Source: an uncultured virus (IMG/VR IMGVR_UViG_3300032050_000023)
Lineage: Duplodnaviria > Heunggongvirae > Uroviricota > Caudoviricetes
Reading direction: 5' to 3' (one strand)
Virus record (IMG/VR): IMGVR_UViG_3300032050_000023
DNA length: 64,000 nucleotides
Shown here: one piece after another, positions 57,925 to 64,000 of the stretch
How positions within the stretch are numbered: position 1 is the first letter of the stretch
How the letters are laid out: every line of letters begins with the position of its first letter
The notes under the pieces: generated by a model
Told to the model about the DNA's origin: nothing
Database searches by the model: none
Seen by the model: only the letters and a program-made list of their open reading frames with translations
Made by a program: the position numbers and the translations under genes

Positions 57925-58941
57925 TTAAAGAAGTTTTTTCAAGTCTATTCGGTTTATTAAGTATTCAATGTTTGATGGTAAAGTACAGTTTTTATCAAAC
58001 CAATTTTTAGCATTTTCCGATACAAAGTTTAAATATTCGTCATTATTTTTCACTCTATTCCATGTTGTAATTAAGTTATTTTTGAAATCGGTGTATGAGT
58101 TGTATTTAGGATGTCCATCGAAAGAATAATCACAGGAATGATAACAACTTATATAATGAAAATTAGGTATTAATGGGTCTGGATAATTAATATTTAAATG
58201 AGGTCTAATTACAGGTATCCCTACCCCAAAACATTCAATGTCCCTATTACACATTTCATTTCCACCTGGTAGACTTAAAGATACTTTATATTTTGATAAG
58301 TCATTCAGATATTCAGTATACTCCATATTTTGGTTATCAACATTTTTGTCAATAATAATAATGTCATCTGTTACAATTTCATTTACCATTTTTTTTCTAA
58401 AATCCCATAACCACCCCCTAAAAAAAAGTTTTTTTTCTTTATCTGAGTTTTTGTTTTTTTCATATAAAGAATTCATAAAATCATAACAACAATCAAAATA
58501 AGGCCCATAATAAAAAGGTTCATAAATATTTTTAATGTCATTTGGAAATTTTACATCTAAATTGTTTTTTGTGTTTGTTTTGAATGTATAGTAATCGTAG
58601 AAATTAAACCCTCCTGGATAAAAAAATTGAACCATGTTTTCCGCATCCCAACCTAAGTGAGACATGAAATGGTATTTCCAATTGTCAAAAAAAGAAATTA
58701 AAATATATTTTTTATTTTCAGGGTTCACTATTGAAAAATTCATACAACTATAAATTCCTCCCTGACCGTACTTTTCGTAATTTGTGTCGTTAACAATCTC
58801 AAAAGAGAAGTCGTTAAATTTTTTTTGTAGTTCGGTCAATAATTTATTAAAAAAATTAGTAATATAAAAATCTTTATCCCCAAATCGAATTTGTCTTTGT
58901 TCGTTCCTTATATGTAGTTTCATTTTTTTATAAATTTCCAC
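57925..58941 (-). CDS. GT-B glycosyltransferase-like protein (exostosin GT47 / GT90-like)
   Basis: LFFRGW...YLNDLSKYKVSLSLPGGNEMCNRDIECFGVGIPVI. Confidence 0.6.
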   Translation of the reverse strand: MEIYKKMKLHIRNEQRQIRFGDKDFYITNFFNKLLTELQKKFNDFSFEIVNDTNYEKYGQGGIYSCMNFSIVNPENKKYILISFFDNWKYHFMSHLGWDAENMVQFFYPGGFNFYDYYTFKTNTKNNLDVKFPNDIKNIYEPFYYGPYFDCCYDFMNSLYEKNKNSDKEKKLFFRGWLWDFRKKMVNEIVTDDIIIIDKNVDNQNMEYTEYLNDLSKYKVSLSLPGGNEMCNRDIECFGVGIPVIRPHLNINYPDPLIPNFHYISCYHSCDYSFDGHPKYNSYTDFKNNLITTWNRVKNNDEYLNFVSENAKNWFDKNCTLPSNIEYLINRIDLKKLL

Positions 58942-60175
58942 TTATTCTATTACACCACCCTTTGGATTTACTGTAAGGCCAAACAACCCAATATTTAGGG
59001 TTTTCAGTTGTATTAAATTCTCTCCATATTTTACAATAACCATCAGGGTCTTGTTTCATTCTAAGTATTTCTGAGGTATCTGCGTCTTGTCTATATAAAG
59101 TTTCATCTTTTTCGTTATGAAACGCAACAACCCAAAATTCATAATCATTCTCAGAAACATCATTGAAAGACACATCAATACAATGTTTAAATATCTTTGA
59201 GAAACTATCCATCCATTCTTGTTCATTTGTATAATCATACGGATTTGGAGGATATTTTTTATCTATAGTATACTGTTGAATTCCTCTTTTTGAGAATAAT
59301 ATACCAGAATATTTTTCGTAATCTCTTACTGTTCTTTCTGTGCCAAATCCATATTTTCCTAAGTCCCCATCATATTTTTCACCATCTACACCTAACACTT
59401 GTCTATTTTTTTTATGACAATTCTGATTTTTTATAAACCATTGTTTGTCATCATCCCACTGTTTTGTTCTACCTTTTCTTGTATATTCGTGCCAAATTAC
59501 GGTTTTGTGTGGGTGAAATAAATCATAACCATGTGTATATGCTCTTACGGCAATTGATATTTCCTCTCCATGAAAATAGTATTCAGGATCGTGTTGAACC
59601 TCATTGGAAAATTCTCCTAATGTAAAAGCAAAATGCGCAGAATAAAATCTTGCAGGAATTGGTTGTTTAAGAGTTTTCCAATTAGGAATAACTTCAGGTA
59701 AAAAGAAAACAACACCTTCAGGTGTAAATCTATCAAAAACCATTCGCCAAGGTTCATTAACTCTTCCTTGTGGGTCATTGTCAGGGTCAAAAGAAGAAAC
59801 ATAACCCGTTAATAATGGCTTTTTATGTCCTTTTTTTTGTAATTGTTTAACCATTTTAATTAATGTGTCATCCCAATTTTTTTCGAATCTCATATGAGAA
59901 TCCAACTGAAGGGTGTATTCCTCCCCATTATATAACTGTTGGACTTGATTTCTTGCCCAACAAACACCTGTTGATTCTTGATACGGGACATTTAAAATTC
60001 TAAATCTCTTGTCACTCTCATATTCTGATAAATCATCAAATTTATCTTCAGAATGATATTGTCTACAAATCCCAAATCTTAGGTTTTCAGGTTTTTTAGC
60101 TTTATCAATACAATCTTTAATTGTTGGTATAAGTTGAGGATCTCTATAGGATGCAATTTGAATAAAAATTTTCAT
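58928..60175 (-). CDS. GT60-like polypeptide GlcNAc transferase ([Skp1]-hydroxyproline GlcNAc-T family)
   Basis: IFIQIASYRDP, GVCWAR, LQLDSHMRF (DSH), FHGEEISIAVRAYTHGYDLFHP. Confidence 0.82.
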   Translation of the reverse strand: MKIFIQIASYRDPQLIPTIKDCIDKAKKPENLRFGICRQYHSEDKFDDLSEYESDKRFRILNVPYQESTGVCWARNQVQQLYNGEEYTLQLDSHMRFEKNWDDTLIKMVKQLQKKGHKKPLLTGYVSSFDPDNDPQGRVNEPWRMVFDRFTPEGVVFFLPEVIPNWKTLKQPIPARFYSAHFAFTLGEFSNEVQHDPEYYFHGEEISIAVRAYTHGYDLFHPHKTVIWHEYTRKGRTKQWDDDKQWFIKNQNCHKKNRQVLGVDGEKYDGDLGKYGFGTERTVRDYEKYSGILFSKRGIQQYTIDKKYPPNPYDYTNEQEWMDSFSKIFKHCIDVSFNDVSENDYEFWVVAFHNEKDETLYRQDADTSEILRMKQDPDGYCKIWREFNTTENPKYWVVWPYSKSKGWCNRISGNL

Positions 60176-60262
60176 TTTTTATTTAAAATAATAGAGCAAC
60201 TCATTTTGAAAATAAATGTTACCGAGATAACGTTTTAGATTTTTGTTTGATAGTAACTATTA

Positions 60263-61471
60263 CTAACTGTTTCTTGACTCTAAGTTTGACACTCTTGTTT
60301 TTAAAGACTCTATTTCTGTTGTCAACCTTTCTATAATTTTTTGTTGTTCTTTTGTAGATTCAACTAATAATGAAACCATTTCGGAATAACGTATTGTTTT
60401 GTAATCTGATATGCCATTGAATGTTACCGCTTCAGGTAAGAATGATTCTACTTCTTGTGCAATCATACCTATTTGTCTACTTTGGTCATCTACCTCAAAA
60501 TTTTCAGCGTTTTTATAATTAAAATAAACCCCTCTTAAATTTTTAACAATATCTGTTGCACCACTTATTGGTATTATATTTTCCTTCAATCTTACATCAG
60601 ATGATGTTGTTGTCAGTATTCCTGTTGTTGCGTTTCTATATAATGCAACGCCAGTGCTCGATACCGTACCTACCGATATTTCTTTATCAACTCTTAATTT
60701 TTGTTTGATATACAAACCAGATCCACCTATTGTCGGTAAATCCGTTCTTACTGATGGGTAAAAAATCATTTGGTCATTTGTACCACTACCACCAAAACTA
60801 GTTAAACCACTTGTCGAACTATTATTTATATAAAACGGTTCGTTTGATGAGGTAGAGTTCGCATCAATCTCACTATAATTAGTAAATCTTGTAAATGAAG
60901 AATCTACACCGCCTACCGAATCTCTCACTGTAATTCTAGCAGAATCTGTTGCTGTTTCTATTTGTACTGAGTTAACATTAGGACCTAAATTATATATTGG
61001 TGTACCCCCTGACCAATTTATTTTTATTAAATCATTTGTTCCTAAGACCGCACCAGATCCTGACGAATAAGAAAGTTTAAAAATATTGTTGTCGGACCTA
61101 TCAACACCAAAGGCGTAAGATGGTGTAGATGCGGACGTTGATAAAAACCTTATGAATGCATCCTGTGTTGATCCAGTGTCTCTTAATGAAATATTTGGGG
61201 ACGCTGAATTTTTAGTTAAAATCAATGTTGTACCATCAAATTTAGCATTTACTTCACCATTTAAAGTGTTGGGTGATCCAGTTGCGGTAATTAAATTATC
61301 GTTAACATTATTATTAATTGTTATACCAGTCAAGAATGTACTTGTAAAAGAACTATAAGGTAACGCTTCAGTTCTACCCGTAGATATAGGATTGTAATTA
61401 ACGATAGGCATTAGTGAATTAGAATAACCTGTCGTTGCAAAAGGGAGTGATGATATTGGTAAATCTGCCAT
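60263..61471 (-). CDS. Tail fibre protein with C-terminal intramolecular chaperone (peptidase S74)
   Basis: SSDVRLKENI, GMIAQEVE..LPEAV, YSEMVSLLVESTKEQ plus coiled coil. Confidence 0.85.
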   Translation of the reverse strand: MADLPISSLPFATTGYSNSLMPIVNYNPISTGRTEALPYSSFTSTFLTGITINNNVNDNLITATGSPNTLNGEVNAKFDGTTLILTKNSASPNISLRDTGSTQDAFIRFLSTSASTPSYAFGVDRSDNNIFKLSYSSGSGAVLGTNDLIKINWSGGTPIYNLGPNVNSVQIETATDSARITVRDSVGGVDSSFTRFTNYSEIDANSTSSNEPFYINNSSTSGLTSFGGSGTNDQMIFYPSVRTDLPTIGGSGLYIKQKLRVDKEISVGTVSSTGVALYRNATTGILTTTSSDVRLKENIIPISGATDIVKNLRGVYFNYKNAENFEVDDQSRQIGMIAQEVESFLPEAVTFNGISDYKTIRYSEMVSLLVESTKEQQKIIERLTTEIESLKTRVSNLESRNS

Positions 61472-61490
61472 AATTTATATATAAATATAT

Positions 61491-62747
61491 TTAAGTAACA
61501 ATTATTCTTCCACCATCTTCTTGTAAAATTAAAAACATATTTTCTTGTGCTAAGAATGGTTTCACTATTGGTGATGGAGTTACTGTTGGAGTTACTGTTG
61601 GAGTTACTGTTGGTGTAACTGAAATTGTAGGTGTAACGGTTGGTGTGGGTGTTGTTGTTGGTGTGACTGAAATTGTAGGTGTAACAGTTGGGGTTATAGT
61701 TGGTGTAGGTGTAGAAGTTTTTGTTGGTGTAACGGTTGGTGTAACTGAAATTGTAGGCGTAACTGTTGGTGTAACTGTAGGAGTAACAGTTGGTGTAACT
61801 GTAGGAGTAACTGAAATTGTAGGTGTTACAGTTGGTGTAGGGGTAGATGTTTTTGTAGGTGTGACAGTTGGTGTAACTGTTGGGGTGGTTGTTGGTGTTA
61901 ATGAAATTGTAGGTGTAACAGTTGGTGTAGGAGTAGTAGTCTTTGTTGGTGTAACTGTTGGAGTAGGTGTTGTTGTAACGGTAGGTGTTACAGTTGGTGT
62001 AGGTGTAGAAGTTTTTGTTGGTGTTACTGTTGGTGTTACTGTAGGTGTTACAGTTGGTGTTACAGTTGGTGTAGGTGTAGAAGTTTTTGTTGGTGTGACA
62101 GTTGGTGTAACTGTTGGGGTGACTGAAATTGTAGGTGTAACAGTTGGTGTAGGAGTTGGGGTTTTTGTAGGAGTTGCGGTAGGTGTAACAGTAGGAGTTG
62201 CGGTAGGTGTAACGGTTGGTGTAACTGTTGGAGTAACAGTTGGTGTGGGTGTTTGTGAAAAACTTGGGTACGGTGGAGTACACCCAAATTCAAAACATAA
62301 ATCACCTATTCCTAAGTTTAAATTAATTATATTTGTTGGATTTGTACCACAAGCAAAATAAGTAATTCCACTTGACACCTCAATGTTTGTTTGTTGATTA
62401 CCAAAACAATCAGTATAATCAAAGTATCCAGAAACTGTTGAGGTATTCTCAAGTCTCAAACAATAACAAAGATTTGTTGGTGTTGATGTTGGGGATGGGG
62501 TTAAAGTAGGTGTAGGTGTTGATGTTACACAATAATAAGGATGAAATACTTCACAACCTTGATTATCGGTTATTTTAACAATAAAAGAAGTTGACCCATT
62601 AAAAGGGAATGGTAAATCAAAAGAGTAATTAGGAGGTATTGTAACGGAAGAATTCTCAACAACACAGAATGAGTTAGTGATATCACATACCGATATTTCA
62701 AAAGGTGGAGTTCCTGTGACACCTGTAATTACAACTTGTGTTGGCAT
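61491..62747 (-). CDS. Mucin-like Thr/Pro-rich virion protein with Cys-containing N-terminal domains (418 aa)
   Basis: About 230 residues of TPTV/TPTP repeats; C-terminal LAQENMFLILQEDGGRI. Confidence 0.75.
   Translation of the reverse strand: MPTQVVITGVTGTPPFEISVCDITNSFCVVENSSVTIPPNYSFDLPFPFNGSTSFIVKITDNQGCEVFHPYYCVTSTPTPTLTPSPTSTPTNLCYCLRLENTSTVSGYFDYTDCFGNQQTNIEVSSGITYFACGTNPTNIINLNLGIGDLCFEFGCTPPYPSFSQTPTPTVTPTVTPTVTPTATPTVTPTATPTKTPTPTPTVTPTISVTPTVTPTVTPTKTSTPTPTVTPTVTPTVTPTVTPTKTSTPTPTVTPTVTTTPTPTVTPTKTTTPTPTVTPTISLTPTTTPTVTPTVTPTKTSTPTPTVTPTISVTPTVTPTVTPTVTPTVTPTISVTPTVTPTKTSTPTPTITPTVTPTISVTPTTTPTPTVTPTISVTPTVTPTVTPTVTPSPIVKPFLAQENMFLILQEDGGRIIVT
61570..62255. repeat. Degenerate 12-bp-unit coding repeat (TPTV/TPTP)n
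   Basis: gttggtgtaact-type units with synonymous variation. Confidence 0.85.
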
Positions 62748-62775
62748 ACAAATAAATATAAACTCAATTTGAATT

Positions 62776-63033
62776 TTAGCAAGGGTTTATTGTTGTTGTT
62801 GGTGTTGGGGATGCACAAGAATAAAATTCAAATTTTTCACAACTATCGGCATCAACTATTTTATTTAATAACTAACATGAAGTATCTAAAGACGATGGAA
62901 CCGTAAATGTATAACTTGGTGGACATGAAGTTAATCCCGTTATAAAAACACATAATGTATTTGTAATATCACAAACATAAACATCAAATGGTGTTGTTCC
63001 TGTTATATTAGTTATTGTAATATCGTTTGACAC
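62776..63033 (-). pseudogene. Paralogue of the N-terminal domain of the 418-aa mucin-like protein, interrupted by an in-frame TAG
   Basis: GTG start: SNDITITNITGTTPFDVYVCDITNTLC...VPSSLDTSC*LLNKIVDADSCEKFEFYSCASPTPTTTINPC; TAG at 62872-62874. Confidence 0.65.
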
Positions 63034-63047
63034 TATAAAAAATATTC

Positions 63048-63491
63048 TTACAAACCTAAATAGGTAATTAAATTATGGTATTCAGTTTTTAATGTTTCTC
63101 TTTGATCCATTATTGTTTGTGGTATTAATTCACCACCTAAAACATATCTTTCTACCGATTCCCTAAGATTAAAAATATTTGATATTTTTTCAGAATATAA
63201 AACTCTAATTTTATGTTTTAAAGTTTCAGATCCAGTAACAGTTAATGTATTATCTTCGTTAATGTTTTCACCATCCAAAATTACATTAAGATATAAATTT
63301 TTTATTTCTTCACTAACTGTATTGTAAATTTCAGGAACTTCTAAAGTTAAATGAAATGAGATATAACCTTCCTTAATAACATAACCTGATACATAGTTTT
63401 CTCTGAATTCCTCAATATTATTTTCATCATAATAAACCACAGTTTTTTTATTTAAAACCGTAATTATTTGGTAATATTTTTCTTTTTTCAT
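63048..63491 (-). CDS. Hypothetical protein, possible tail fibre assembly chaperone (147 aa)
   Basis: Follows a fibre-like gene; C-terminal VERYVLGGELIPQTIMDQRETLK resembles Tfa-like tails. Confidence 0.5.
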   Translation of the reverse strand: MKKEKYYQIITVLNKKTVVYYDENNIEEFRENYVSGYVIKEGYISFHLTLEVPEIYNTVSEEIKNLYLNVILDGENINEDNTLTVTGSETLKHKIRVLYSEKISNIFNLRESVERYVLGGELIPQTIMDQRETLKTEYHNLITYLGL

Positions 63492-63495
63492 TATG

Positions 63496-64000
63496 TTATA
63501 ATTTTATTTTTAAATTTATCATTGTAGTTACCGTTGTTGGATTTGTAGTCCATGTTGGTGTAATCCATCTAACTTGTAATTTATCACCACTTGTTACCGA
63601 TAATGGAGTTCCTAAAACAAAATTATTATTAACTGTTGGGCTGAACGATATTCCTGAAACAACCACATTTCTTATTCTTTTACCTTTAGTACCTCCTGGA
63701 TTAATACTAAACCTAATTTTCATTTGGTTTGAAGTTGCGGGAACGGTTACTGAAGTTGGGATGTATGGACTCGAGGCCGTTGGTGTTGCGGTAAGACCCG
63801 CAGTTGCCCATGTAGAACCGTTATCTAACGAATATTCCACCAATACAGGTCCGTCAGTACCTGACCCAAAAGTTGCAATATCTAATGAAACAACTAAAGA
63901 AACATAAGACGACCCATCAAATGTAGGTGATGTTAATGTCGATGTTATTCCTGTAAGTCCGGCATAACTATTAATATATGTTACAAAAACCGATGCCCAT
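63496..64000 (-). CDS. Partial fibre/decoration protein (enters from the right edge)
   Basis: Frame stays open from 63999 through the ORF-track start; VEYSLDNGSTW Asp-box-like motif; beta-sandwich-like sequence. Confidence 0.7.
   Translation of the reverse strand, partial: WASVFVTYINSYAGLTGITSTLTSPTFDGSSYVSLVVSLDIATFGSGTDGPVLVEYSLDNGSTWATAGLTATPTASSPYIPTSVTVPATSNQMKIRFSINPGGTKGKRIRNVVVSGISFSPTVNNNFVLGTPLSVTSGDKLQVRWITPTWTTNPTTVTTMINLKIKL

Noticed and set aside
61645..62361. 238-aa plus-strand VGVT-repeat ORF, and the alternative-frame ORFs 61411-62283 and 62060-62305
   Set aside because: Shadows of the stop-free TP repeat; the frame with recognisable flanking domains is 61491-62747.
62500..63033. 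Diversity-generating retroelement template/variable repeat pair
   Set aside because: The similarity is protein-level paralogy with divergence at all bases, not adenine-specific; no reverse transcriptase in the window.
1..64000. Genome-wide stop-codon reassignment (TAG to Gln, code 15), suggested by the in-frame TAG at 62872
   Set aside because: Very long structural ORFs (2150, 1835, 1613, 1110 aa) are intact under the standard code, and TAG plausibly terminates polB and the S74 fibre. One internal TAG is not enough.

Overview
This AT-rich 64 kb window is a segment of a large T4-like/jumbo myovirus genome, probably an uncultured aquatic phage. Almost all genes lie on the minus strand. It contains four modules. 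(i) A contractile-tail and baseplate module: gp6/J-like wedge, gp25-like, LysM/gp53-like, large hub proteins, tape-measure-like protein, gp26-like chaperone, tail tube, tail sheath and neck proteins. (ii) A replication/recombination module: class II ribonucleotide reductase NrdJ, DnaB/gp41 helicase, 5'-3' exonuclease, RecA/UvsX, gp32-like SSB, SNF2 helicase and family B DNA polymerase. (iii) Accessory genes: HAD phosphatase, a metallopeptidase-like/SOD fusion and a 2OG-Fe(II) oxygenase. (iv) A fibre/decoration region where a five-gene glycosylation cassette (GT60-like GlcNAc transferase, GT47-like, HtrL/GT-A fusion, two methyltransferases) sits between Thr/Pro-rich mucin-like virion proteins. 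The most notable signals are a candidate phage-encoded mucin-type protein O-glycosylation system, a probable programmed +1 frameshift (UUU UUU CGG) in the tail-assembly chaperone upstream of the tape measure gene, a recurrent TATTTAT(A) upstream motif, an unannotated RHH regulator with operator-like repeats, and a hairpin in the DNA polymerase leader. I saw no capsid, terminase, tRNA, CRISPR, intron or intein. All family assignments come from recognising motifs by eye, not from database searches.
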